DNA of 64,000 nucleotides from IMG/VR virus record IMGVR_UViG_3300009370_000001; one strand, given 5' to 3'. Shown here one piece after another: positions 48,956-57,552 of the stretch. The translations under genes and the position numbers were made by a program. Origin of the DNA: a virus (taxonomy: Duplodnaviria; Caudoviricetes). How positions within the stretch are numbered: position 1 is the first letter of the stretch; each line of letters opens with the position of its first letter. The notes beneath the pieces are model-generated. The model had not been told where the DNA came from, did no database searches, and was given only the letters and a program-made list of their open reading frames with translations.

Positions 48956-49332
48956 TGGAAAATCTCACTCCAGAAAATTTTTTCCTGGTATTCCAGGTAT
49001 TTATCAAAGTTTTAGTTATATGGAGTCCCGTATTGTTTGGGACGTGGCTTTATATGTATTACACGCGCCCTAAAAAGCGCACAACCCAACGCAACAAAGG
49101 AAAGAAGATAATGAGAGCAGGCGAAGTATTTGAATGGCTGGATCAGGGACCAGCGGTATTGTTGGCACCATGTAAGATTGCCGATCCTATTCCCGTAGAA
49201 AAGAAGACCGAGTTTCTAAAAGATCCCGAAGGATTCTTGAAGGCATGGCCCAGCGAACAAGGCTGGACTATTAAACTTCTGGAAAGCGGCGACATCATCG
49301 ACGTGCATGAAGACACGTTGACATACTCTTGA
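48955..49332 (+). CDS. Membrane-anchored protein with C-terminal SH3-like domain
   Basis: N-terminal TM, then MRAGEVFEW; stop inside the promoter element. Confidence 0.5.
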   Translation: MENLTPENFFLVFQVFIKVLVIWSPVLFGTWLYMYYTRPKKRTTQRNKGKKIMRAGEVFEWLDQGPAVLLAPCKIADPIPVEKKTEFLKDPEGFLKAWPSEQGWTIKLLESGDIIDVHEDTLTYS

Positions 49333-49372
49333 CAAGATTAACCTTGACTTACCGTCGCTGGCATGGTATATT
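49318..49372 (+). promoter_or_regulatory. Repeated early promoter element
   Basis: TTGACA-5-TTGACA-9-TTGACT-17-TATATT. Confidence 0.85.
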
Positions 49373-49378
49373 ATTAGC

Positions 49379-49510
49379 ATGAAAACGAAGAAAGTACCCA
49401 AGGCTCGTAACTGGCTCGCTGTCCATGCGTGGAATCGCAAGGGTGGAGCTATCCCTAACAAGAAGAAAGTTATGAATAAGAAGGCATGCAGGAAGAAGGT
49501 GCGAGCATGA
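49379..49510 (+). CDS. 43-aa very basic peptide (not in track)
   Basis: MKTKKVPKARNWLAVHAWNRKGGAIPNKKKVMNKKACRKKVRA; first gene after the promoter; ATGA overlap with next gene. Confidence 0.55.
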   Translation: MKTKKVPKARNWLAVHAWNRKGGAIPNKKKVMNKKACRKKVRA

Positions 49511-50003
49511 GCAAATATGATTATGTTCCGTTTTTTGAGCGCGGCGATCTGGTAGAGATCAGCTTTGGCTATGGAGCTAAGAGCCTGGGCCTTTTTATGC
49601 ATTATGAAGGATGGGCTGACGATCTTCGCGCTAAGGTTTTTTGGGATGGTCAAGACCTTTCCACTCCGGTCGTGCAACTTACACTAATCAAGAGAGCAGC
49701 AGAATGAATATCTGGGTATTTATGGGACGCTGCGAAGGGGATCTATTCGCCACCACACACCTAACGGAGAAAGGCGCAGTCCTGGCGGCACTGGCGGATA
49801 TTCTGGAATATCTGGGAATCGACAGCGACGAAGATGCGCGATCTAACCCCGAAGATGCCGATGCCCTCTTGCCCTGGGATTACGACGAGCTTAAAACATT
49901 TCCCACCACGCAGCTATGGGAAGTCTACGCAGGATATCGTGAACATTTGTGGGATGATTTTTCGTATGAGATTGACATTCATCAGACACAGGTGACAGGA
50001 TGA
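49507..50003 (+). other. Two small genes (49507-49707 SH3-like FERGDLV; ~49704-50003 hypothetical)
   Basis: ATGA-coupled ORFs. Confidence 0.5.
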
Positions 50004-50287
50004 AACTGGTTAGAGATAACATTCCCAAGATCATTAATGACTCGGGACGCGAATGTAAATATCATAAAGCTGACGAAGCTGAACATATAGCACGCCTCAA
50101 GGATAAAATGGAGGAGGAGCTAACAGAGTTTATGCTTGAGCCATCTTGTGAAGAAGCAGCCGACATGCTGGAAGTGGTGCGCGGTTTGTGTCACATTCAC
50201 GGCATTGATTTTATGGATGCGCTGGATGCAGCCAACAATAAACATGCTCGACGTGGTGGCTTCGATGGAGGGATCGTATTGTGGTAA
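50000..50287 (+). CDS. MazG-like nucleoside triphosphate pyrophosphohydrolase
   Basis: MKLVRDNIP...KMEEELTEF...EEAADMLEV...KHARRGGF. Confidence 0.75.
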   Translation: MKLVRDNIPKIINDSGRECKYHKADEAEHIARLKDKMEEELTEFMLEPSCEEAADMLEVVRGLCHIHGIDFMDALDAANNKHARRGGFDGGIVLW

Positions 50288-50502
50288 AAGATACACTGCT
50301 GCAAGTCGGTGACTTGATAAGACATAAAACTTTGGGACACACCGGGTTGATTCTTCAAAGCGATCCGCGTTCCCTATGCAGTGAAATGATCCCAAGCTAT
50401 TTTTTGATTGTGTGGAGCGATTGGCCTCGACTGCCCCAAGCAGATAACCAGACGTGGGCACTTGCAGATGATATAGAGGTGATTAATGCTGCAAGTAGGT
50501 GA
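50281..50502 (+). CDS. MKVGDLV-family small SH3/KOW-like protein
   Basis: LLQVGDLIRH...GLIL...IVW...DIEVINAASR. Confidence 0.65.
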   Translation: MVKDTLLQVGDLIRHKTLGHTGLILQSDPRSLCSEMIPSYFLIVWSDWPRLPQADNQTWALADDIEVINAASR

Positions 50503-50734
50503 TATCGTTAAGTTTTTTGACTATGACTATGCCGCATTTCACCGCGATACGTCTGGTGAATGTTGGCGCATCGGTGTTGTGTCGGAGATCCGTCACGAGG
50601 TGTGGGATGAAGATTGGGATCCCGCATGTCTTCCGCTTGTCGTTGTCGTTCACGACGGACACAGCCAACCCCTCGTGATGCCAAACGAAAAAAATATCGG
50701 AACCTGGGTGGAGCTTATAAGTGCCCGTAAGTGA
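50486..50734 (+). CDS. MKVGDLV-family small SH3/KOW-like protein
   Basis: MLQVGDIVKF...GVVSEI...VELIS. Confidence 0.65.
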   Translation: MLQVGDIVKFFDYDYAAFHRDTSGECWRIGVVSEIRHEVWDEDWDPACLPLVVVVHDGHSQPLVMPNEKNIGTWVELISARK

Positions 50735-50809
50735 TCGAATGTGGGTTATTGTTTCATTGGCGTTGGCCGTGACGGTGTGGTATTATGTGCGCTTCGGGGG
50801 AGGGGCATT

Positions 50810-51019
50810 ATGAAGGTCGGTGATTTGGTGCGACAGCGCGACGTTGGCATGCCTCGGCAGAATCGGAGAGTGGGCGTGGTGCGCGAGATCCGAAAGAAGG
50901 ATCACGCACGCTGGAAGGGTGATGGCTGGGATTCAGTCAGAGTATATTGGGGCGACAACCAGCGCATGAACGAGCGGTGGACTGTGCGCGGGTCATTAGA
51001 AGTTATTGATGGCGCTTGA
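50810..51019 (+). CDS. MKVGDLV-family small SH3/KOW-like protein
   Basis: MKVGDLVRQ...GVVREI...VYW...LEVIDGA; true ATG 50810; stop inside the promoter element. Confidence 0.7.
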   Translation: MKVGDLVRQRDVGMPRQNRRVGVVREIRKKDHARWKGDGWDSVRVYWGDNQRMNERWTVRGSLEVIDGA

Positions 51020-51070
51020 CATTCTCTTTACAACATTAACCTTGACTACACCCCATTTACATGCTATATT
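51016..51070 (+). promoter_or_regulatory. Repeated early promoter element
   Basis: TTGACA-5-TTTACA-9-TTGACT-17-TATATT. Confidence 0.85.
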
Positions 51071-51094
51071 ATAGGGGCAATCAGGAGAAAATAG

Positions 51095-51328
51095 ATGGCA
51101 GTTTATGAAGCAACCGTCACCCGTGTGCGCTATGTTCACACAGTTATCGAGGTAGAAGCCGATAGCCCCGAGGAGGCACGAGAACAGGCACAACAAGTTA
51201 TTGATGCTGGCGTCTTTGGTCAACCAAATGTGACGCACCCTTATCCAGAACCCGTTTATCAATGGACAACGCACAACCGCGAAGGTGTGCTGGGTCACGA
51301 CGAATATGAGATTGTCGACATCGCTTGA
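51095..51328 (+). CDS. Hypothetical protein (single-gene cassette)
   Basis: VIEVEADSPEEAREQA; bounded by two promoter elements. Confidence 0.6.
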   Translation: MAVYEATVTRVRYVHTVIEVEADSPEEAREQAQQVIDAGVFGQPNVTHPYPEPVYQWTTHNREGVLGHDEYEIVDIA

Positions 51329-51379
51329 CATTTACTTTACAACTTAACGATTGACAAACCCCCTGAAAAATGGTATATT
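51325..51379 (+). promoter_or_regulatory. Repeated early promoter element
   Basis: TTGACA-5-TTTACA-9-TTGACA-17-TATATT. Confidence 0.88.
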
Positions 51380-51406
51380 ATAGGGGTAATCAAGGAGAAC
51401 ACTAAC

Positions 51407-52734
51407 ATGGCCTATCTTCACAAACAAGACATCGTAATCATTCGCCAGGGCGGCAAGACCATCCAGGCTCGCGTGGTAGACATGCGTTTCCGGCGCTTTA
51501 GACGCGCCTGGAAGGACCGCAAGACCGGCGAGAACAAGTCACGCTGGAAGTCGGTGCCCTACGCAGTGTGCGAGGTATTTGCGGGGCTTCCCGTGGGGAC
51601 CGAGTTTATTATTGCAGGCTACAAGCTGAAGAACGAAACCAAAGACGGCGAAAAGCTGCTGGTGCTGCGCGACAAGTATGCAGCCGAGTTTAATGGCGCG
51701 TGGGTAAACACCCTATTGGCCGAGAGCAAGAATATCCGTGCAAAGAGGAGTGCATAAATGGGTTATCGATCACAAGTAGTATTGGCTATCGGAGAAGCAT
51801 TGATTCCACAGTTTATGGTGACAATGGCTAAATGTCCCGAGGCGCGAGCTATGTGCTTTGGGGATGCCGATCAGACGCGAGATTTCCAGGGAGAAAAGGG
51901 CAGTCTCTTTTTTGAATGGGATCATATTAAATGGTATGCCGGTTATGAAGAGGTCCAAGCCATCGAGGATTTTCTAAACTGGGCTGAAGATAAGCTGAAG
52001 ATCGACGGCAAAGAGATTGATGGCGACGAGCATTTTCGTTTCGTTCGCATTGGCGAGGAATATGATGATATTGAAACCCGTGGGTGGGGGTTTGACATTC
52101 ACCCTGTTAGAAGTATTGAGTATTAAGGAAGGATAACATGACAGGTATGGCAACATTCACATTTATTTGTATTGCGACGGGATTTAGCGCGTTTGCAGTT
52201 GCAGTAAAACGAGAGATTTGTATTAAAAGAGGAAAAAATGAATACTAAAGTATGTAAACACTGCGATGAGATTTTTAATCTTGATTCGATTGCTAAAAAA
52301 GCAGCGGGTGGAAAGATTAACGAGTGCCCCGACTGCGTTGAGGAGTTGGGCACCGAGACTGCTGTAAAATATACAGGGCTTCAGATTGAAGAAACAGGAT
52401 CGTTTGCGATCAGTCGGCATGCTACAGAAGCAGACCGGCAGAAACACATGAACGACCGGCTGAAAATGGATGACTTGTCAAAATGAAAATGACACTTGTT
52501 ATTGATAGTGAAGATTTGGATGGTATTAAAGATTCATTTAAGATCATCAAGATGATGAACGATAAATATAACACGCCAGCGCGTCAGTATAATGATCGTT
52601 CATTCGGAAAGATTCGCTACATTAAACTTCTGCGTAAATACGCGAAGTTTGCGGCTGATGAAGATTTTGACGTTGATTCGCTCAAAGCCGCTAAACGCTT
52701 TGCCGATGCGTTGTGGGCAGGCGATTTTGATTGA
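51407..52734 (+). other. Operon of small hypothetical genes (51407-51757, 51758-52126, 52138-52248, 52238-52486 CxxC..CxxC, 52483-52734)
   Basis: RBS-preceded, abutting ORFs; the last stop lies in the next promoter element. Confidence 0.6.
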
Positions 52735-52785
52735 CATTTACTTGACATGATAATGATTGACAGCAACGCCTTTTCATGCTATATT
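52731..52785 (+). promoter_or_regulatory. Repeated early promoter element
   Basis: TTGACA-5-TTGACA-9-TTGACA-17-TATATT (all three hexamers perfect). Confidence 0.9.
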
Positions 52786-52812
52786 ATAGGGGCAAATAAG
52801 GAGAGAACCACA

Positions 52813-53139
52813 ATGAGATTTGAGTTTACAGAAGAAGAAGTCGGCGCTTTGATCGAGGCACTCGGCGCGTGGATGGAGCAACCGAGCGAATGGGAAGGCG
52901 AGGAGTGGTTGCGACGGCAGGACATCGGCGCAGACCTTGACCTTGAGTTGCGCGAGGGGCTGGCCACTGGTGATGGAAACGTCGTCGATGATGCAGCCGA
53001 GGCTTTTATTCAGGCAGGCATCGACGCCCGCGAACAAGCTAAGGCAACATCCCGGGCCGCAACGCGCCGTGAACAAAGGCTGGCCGAACTGGCGAAAGGC
53101 ACCACGGCTACCCTCGCCAACGACCCCGCAGACTGGTAG
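52813..53139 (+). CDS. Hypothetical protein
   Basis: ATG 52813 after AAGGAG. Confidence 0.6.
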   Translation: MRFEFTEEEVGALIEALGAWMEQPSEWEGEEWLRRQDIGADLDLELREGLATGDGNVVDDAAEAFIQAGIDAREQAKATSRAATRREQRLAELAKGTTATLANDPADW

Positions 53140-53145
53140 CATAAA

Positions 53146-53355
53146 ATGAAAGTCGGTGATTTGGTTAAATGGTCCTGGCACCTTGATACAGATTGGGCGA
53201 CGACGCATTTTATGGGCGTCATCGTGGGCTCCAAGCTATACAAGATGGCGAATGGGCTGGATAAATGTATCGTGCTGCAAGTATTGACCAGGAATGGCCA
53301 AACCATCCAGGTCCGAGAAGACGAAGCAACCTTAAAGTTGATCGCCGCGTCTTGA
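53146..53355 (+). CDS. MKVGDLV-family small SH3/KOW-like protein
   Basis: MKVGDLVKW...GVIV; stop inside the promoter element. Confidence 0.7.
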   Translation: MKVGDLVKWSWHLDTDWATTHFMGVIVGSKLYKMANGLDKCIVLQVLTRNGQTIQVREDEATLKLIAAS

Positions 53356-53406
53356 CATTCTCTTGACAACTTTCCTATTGACTCTCACCTATCCAGGTGG
53401 TATAAT
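53352..53406 (+). promoter_or_regulatory. Repeated early promoter element
   Basis: TTGACA-5-TTGACA-9-TTGACT-17-TATAAT. Confidence 0.88.
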
Positions 53407-53435
53407 GATGGCATATCAAGTAAGGAGATATATCA

Positions 53436-53657
53436 ATGGCTACTAACCTTCCCTATGTAATGACCTTTGCACAAGCGTGCGACTACTTCACCGACGAGAT
53501 TCTGCCCTTGGTTCAAGAGCAGCATGAGCAAGACGGTGTACCCGATTGGCCCGCCCGATGCGAAACCTGGAACAACTGGACCGATAGCCTATGCAAAGAC
53601 GGACAGATCAGCGACTGGCAGTATATGAACTGGACACACCCGCCCTGCAACGGTTGA
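53436..53657 (+). CDS. Hypothetical protein (single-gene cassette)
   Basis: WNNWTDSLCKDGQISDWQYMNW; bounded by two promoter elements. Confidence 0.65.
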   Translation: MATNLPYVMTFAQACDYFTDEILPLVQEQHEQDGVPDWPARCETWNNWTDSLCKDGQISDWQYMNWTHPPCNG

Positions 53658-53708
53658 CATTCACTTTACAACATTAACCTTGACATCCACACCCCAGCAT
53701 GCTATATT
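53654..53708 (+). promoter_or_regulatory. Repeated early promoter element
   Basis: TTGACA-5-TTTACA-9-TTGACA-17-TATATT. Confidence 0.88.
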
Positions 53709-53733
53709 GTATGCATAGAACGGAGAAAACTAT

Positions 53734-54522
53734 ATGGGAAACTATAACGGAACAGTCCACTGCGGGCATTGCTACCAACAAGGACACAACCGGAGATCGT
53801 GCCCGAGAAAACTGGAGAGCCTGCAACGGCAATACGCCGAGGCTAAGGAAAGCGGCAATGACAATAGCTATACACAGTATTACGCGCAGCAGATTGCAAA
53901 GATGACCGGCACGAACCCCGAGACTGGGGCGACACGCAAGCGTCGGAATGAAAGCTATGGGCGCAAGTGTTCCTATTGCCGCGAGGGTGGCCATTCGCGC
54001 CGGACTTGTCCAACGCTCAAAGAAGACCAGCGCAACTATCGCCGCATGTCGTCAGTAGTGCGGAAAGATATGCTGGCTCGCATGCAGGAGCATGGTTTCG
54101 GTGTCGGTTCCCTGGTAACGATGACAGCGAACCAGTGGAATCAAGCAGCAGGCGAGTATCAGGAGGTAAAGAACGCTTATCTGGTGACAAACATTAAGTG
54201 GGACAGCATTGGACCCCACAACCAGCACGGCAATAGCTGTGTCAAAGTGATGTCGGTCAAAGACCCGAGCAATCAAGTCTGGATGACGATGCCCACGGAG
54301 GTCAGCGGAAGCGAAGAGAACCGCTACAGCCGCGCCCCGGAGATTGTTGGGGCTACAGCCCCGGAAAAGATTAACCCTCCGTCAGCGTGGACAGCAGGAG
54401 CCCGAGCAGAAGAAGGCGAGAACGCACCTTTTGAGAAGGGTGCCCAGCGTCAAGGATACTGGTGGCACAACGAGGGCAGCGTTCTCCTGGATCGCTGGGC
54501 AGGGATCGAGTCAACCGAGTAG
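53734..54522 (+). CDS. Double zinc-knuckle (CCHC) protein
   Basis: CGHCYQQGHNRRSC and CSYCREGGHSRRTC. Confidence 0.75.
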   Translation: MGNYNGTVHCGHCYQQGHNRRSCPRKLESLQRQYAEAKESGNDNSYTQYYAQQIAKMTGTNPETGATRKRRNESYGRKCSYCREGGHSRRTCPTLKEDQRNYRRMSSVVRKDMLARMQEHGFGVGSLVTMTANQWNQAAGEYQEVKNAYLVTNIKWDSIGPHNQHGNSCVKVMSVKDPSNQVWMTMPTEVSGSEENRYSRAPEIVGATAPEKINPPSAWTAGARAEEGENAPFEKGAQRQGYWWHNEGSVLLDRWAGIESTE

Positions 54523-54577
54523 TTGACATTCCCTTTACAACTTGGGGGTAGACAGCCCCCAGGTTCTATGGTATAAT
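54523..54577 (+). promoter_or_regulatory. Repeated early promoter element
   Basis: TTGACA-5-TTTACA-9-TAGACA-17-TATAAT. Confidence 0.85.
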
Positions 54578-54579
54578 GC

Positions 54580-54765
54580 TTGCATACGATGGAGAAAGCG
54601 ATGAGCCCCTGGATGACCGAGAGACTAAACACCTTGAAAACAGAGAACCAGCCCGAGCGTCCCGCGCTCCGCATCCCGACACCGCGCCCGGCACCGGCAC
54701 GTCGCCCCGAGCGTCGGCCCGAACCCACTCGCGGCGTTATTATCGTTGACTTGACAATCAGTTGA
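54580..54765 (+). CDS. Small Pro/Arg-rich hypothetical protein
   Basis: RPALRIPTPRP...RGVIIVDLTIS; stop inside the promoter element. Confidence 0.55.
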   Translation: MHTMEKAMSPWMTERLNTLKTENQPERPALRIPTPRPAPARRPERRPEPTRGVIIVDLTIS

Positions 54766-54805
54766 CAACTTCCTTGTTGACAGACCTATTTACCCATGCT
54801 ATATT
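54751..54805 (+). promoter_or_regulatory. Repeated early promoter element
   Basis: TTGACA-5-TTGACA-9-TTGACA-17-TATATT. Confidence 0.9.
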
Positions 54806-54846
54806 ATTAGCGTAAGAAACAAAGAACCCCGAACCCGGAACCAATC

Positions 54847-55935
54847 ATGTCAGTAGACTTCAAGACCTTTCAAACCGTAGTAGCTCATATCCTCGATTAC
54901 AAGTTTCCCGTGCTGGTGCGCGGTAGGCATGGCGTCGGCAAATCCGAGGTAGTGTATCAGATTGCTGCTGATCGCAACCTTCCGATTGTCGAGCGTCGTG
55001 CAAGCCAGATGACAGAGGGTGACTTGCTTGGTCTTCCCGATACCTGTGACACCGCTATCAGTGGGCGCAAGGCTACCACGTGGAACGCTCCAGATTGGCT
55101 TGTGACGGCTTGTGAGCAACCCGTGGTACTCTTCCTCGATGAAGTGGACCGGGCAACGATGGAAGTCCGTCAGGGACTCTTTGAGTTGACCGACAGTCGC
55201 AAGATCAACGGCTGGAAGCTGCACCCCGAAACCCTCATTGTCGCCGCTGTCAACGGTGGCGAGCATGGCGCACAATATCAGGTAGGAGAAATGGACCCTG
55301 CCGAGTTGGATCGCTGGACCGTGTTCGATGTCGAGCCTTCCGTAGAAGACTGGCTCACCTGGGGCAAGGACAATGTTAATGAAGTGCTGTGGGACTTCGT
55401 GAACCACAACCGTCAACACCTTGAGCATCAGGGCGAGCATGAGCCGAACAAAGTTTATCCTTCTCGCCGTAGCTGGAAGCGGTTTAATGATACCGCTGTT
55501 CCCACTGGCGCGTTTACCGAGGATGGACAGAACGGCGAGTTGCTGTATCAGCTTGCAACCGCCTTTGTCGGCTTTGAAGCCGCTGTAGCACTTAAGGACT
55601 TCGTTGAGAAGTATGAGTGGCAAGTGACGGTAGAGGATCTGCTTGACAACGGACAGATCGAGCGCACCGAGAAGTGGGGCATCAATGACCATGCTGCGAT
55701 GATCGAGAAGCTGGACGCCTCCGGTGTCCTGGCTGAAACGCTCAACGAGACACAGGTTAGTAACCTTGCCACCTATTTCGTCTCGCTGCCCTCGGAAGTG
55801 GCCATGAAGTTGTGGACCGTCCTGGGAGACACCGACAACATTGAAAATGTCGTAGCACTCCACAAGGCAGAATCGGCCTCTGGACAGAAGGTTAGTGAAC
55901 ACCTTGTGGAAATCCTGGGAGGCTCCCAGGAGTGA
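54847..55935 (+). CDS. MoxR-like AAA+ ATPase
   Basis: GRHGVGKS (Walker A), LFLDEVDRA (Walker B), VAAVN, MDPAELDRW, SRRSW. Confidence 0.88.
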   Translation: MSVDFKTFQTVVAHILDYKFPVLVRGRHGVGKSEVVYQIAADRNLPIVERRASQMTEGDLLGLPDTCDTAISGRKATTWNAPDWLVTACEQPVVLFLDEVDRATMEVRQGLFELTDSRKINGWKLHPETLIVAAVNGGEHGAQYQVGEMDPAELDRWTVFDVEPSVEDWLTWGKDNVNEVLWDFVNHNRQHLEHQGEHEPNKVYPSRRSWKRFNDTAVPTGAFTEDGQNGELLYQLATAFVGFEAAVALKDFVEKYEWQVTVEDLLDNGQIERTEKWGINDHAAMIEKLDASGVLAETLNETQVSNLATYFVSLPSEVAMKLWTVLGDTDNIENVVALHKAESASGQKVSEHLVEILGGSQE

Positions 55936-56141
55936 GGATCTTGAAGGCTGGCGACCTACTAATCAGGGAGCGCGATAAGCGCCCCTGTATCGTCTTGGAG
56001 GTCCAAGAGAGTACGAAACCCCAGTGGGGCACCCTGGACGCCAGCAGACGGCGATACAGGCTCTTTGAGAGCCATTCTGGAGTGTCCCGCTGGGTAGTCG
56101 ATACCGAGGTTGCCGTCAAATACACCCTAACAACCGATTGA
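55932..56141 (+). CDS. SH3/KOW-like family protein
   Basis: LKAGDLLI...IVLEV; stop inside the promoter element. Confidence 0.6.
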   Translation: MRILKAGDLLIRERDKRPCIVLEVQESTKPQWGTLDASRRRYRLFESHSGVSRWVVDTEVAVKYTLTTD

Positions 56142-56192
56142 CATTCACTTGACAACTTTTCCCTGGACAAACCTACGTACCCATGCTATATT
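56138..56192 (+). promoter_or_regulatory. Repeated early promoter element
   Basis: TTGACA-5-TTGACA-9-TGGACA-17-TATATT. Confidence 0.85.
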
Positions 56193-56217
56193 GTATGTGT
56201 AGAAAGGAAAGAACCCT

Positions 56218-57474
56218 ATGAGCGACGACAAACCCACTCCCTTTGACTTGAACAAGCACACGGCGCGGCTGCTTATGCGCGAGCCGTTTTTCGCTGGGCT
56301 GTCTCGGCGGATCGACAAGACCCCGACGACTGAGATCCCGACTGCCGGTGTTCGCATTAATCCCGAACGGGCACAGTTTGAGTTGATGTATAACCCTGAC
56401 TTCATGGCGAGCCTTAGCGACAAGCACCGACTTGCGATCTTGAAGCATGAGTTTTACCATATCATCTTTGAGCATGTGACACACCGCAAGCCTGCCGATG
56501 GCATTAGCCGCCTGGACAACATTGCGATGGATCTGGCAATCAACGGCTTGCCCGACATGAAGACTAACCTTCCCAACGATGCCGAGCCAGGACCACCGAC
56601 CGGATCGGCTGGTGAGCCCATGAAGGCATGCATCCCCGGAGAAGGGCCATTCGCTCACTTGCCTTGTGAGAAGTCCTATGAGTGGTACAAGGCAGCACTC
56701 CAAGACATGCAGAAAGAGAAGCCAGAAGGCGAGCCAGGGGAGCCAGGACAAGGCGAGCCCGGTGATGGCGATCCCTTCGGCGGCATGGATGCGCTGGACG
56801 ATCACGGCGAGTTTGGCGAGGGTCAAGGCACCGCAGACGAGATCGCTAAGGAACGTCTGAAGGAAGCGGTAAAGCAGGCAGCAGAGGAAGCCGAGAAGGC
56901 TAATAACTGGGGCACTGTTTCAGGAAACACCCGGCGCGACATTATGGATCGCATCGCTACTAAGGTTGACTGGCGCAAGGTGTTGCGTTATTTCGTGAAG
57001 ACCACGCAACGCTCCGACAAGACCAGCACGCCGAGGAAACTGAACCGCAGATTTCCACGCATCCACGCAGGAAAGCGCGTCCGTCGTCACGCTCGCATTG
57101 CTATCAGCATCGACCAGTCTGGATCGGTGGATGATAAAATGCTTCAAGCGTTCTTCTCCGAGTTGAACAAGTTGGCCGAGATTGCCGAGTTTACTGTTAT
57201 CCCATTCGATTCAGTAGTGGGCGAGGATAAGATTTATGTATGGAAGAAGGGTGCAACCCGCAGAACCGAGCGCGTTATGTGCGGCGGGACTTGCTTTAAT
57301 GCTCCAACCAAGTACGTGAACGAACACGGATTCGATGGACATATTATCCTTACTGACCTGATGGCACCTAAGCCGATGGCGAGCAAGTGTCAACGCATGT
57401 GGATGACGACTAAGGCATACGCGGCGCGTCCCTACTTCCAGACTAACGAGCGAGTCATCGCAATCGACAGTTGA
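56218..57474 (+). CDS. HExxH metallopeptidase-like plus vWA domain protein (MoxR partner)
   Basis: LKHEFYH, NIAMDLAIN, acidic G/P linker, ISIDQSGSV (MIDAS), GGT.F, ILTD. Confidence 0.85.
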   Translation: MSDDKPTPFDLNKHTARLLMREPFFAGLSRRIDKTPTTEIPTAGVRINPERAQFELMYNPDFMASLSDKHRLAILKHEFYHIIFEHVTHRKPADGISRLDNIAMDLAINGLPDMKTNLPNDAEPGPPTGSAGEPMKACIPGEGPFAHLPCEKSYEWYKAALQDMQKEKPEGEPGEPGQGEPGDGDPFGGMDALDDHGEFGEGQGTADEIAKERLKEAVKQAAEEAEKANNWGTVSGNTRRDIMDRIATKVDWRKVLRYFVKTTQRSDKTSTPRKLNRRFPRIHAGKRVRRHARIAISIDQSGSVDDKMLQAFFSELNKLAEIAEFTVIPFDSVVGEDKIYVWKKGATRRTERVMCGGTCFNAPTKYVNEHGFDGHIILTDLMAPKPMASKCQRMWMTTKAYAARPYFQTNERVIAIDS

Positions 57475-57524
57475 CAAGCACTTGACATTTCGGGGTAGAC
57501 AACCTGCCCCGAATATGTTATATT
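57471..57524 (+). promoter_or_regulatory. Repeated early promoter element
   Basis: TTGACA-5-TTGACA-8-TAGACA-17-TATATT. Confidence 0.8.
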
Positions 57525-57552
57525 GCTATATACAAACAGGAGATCCCTACTT

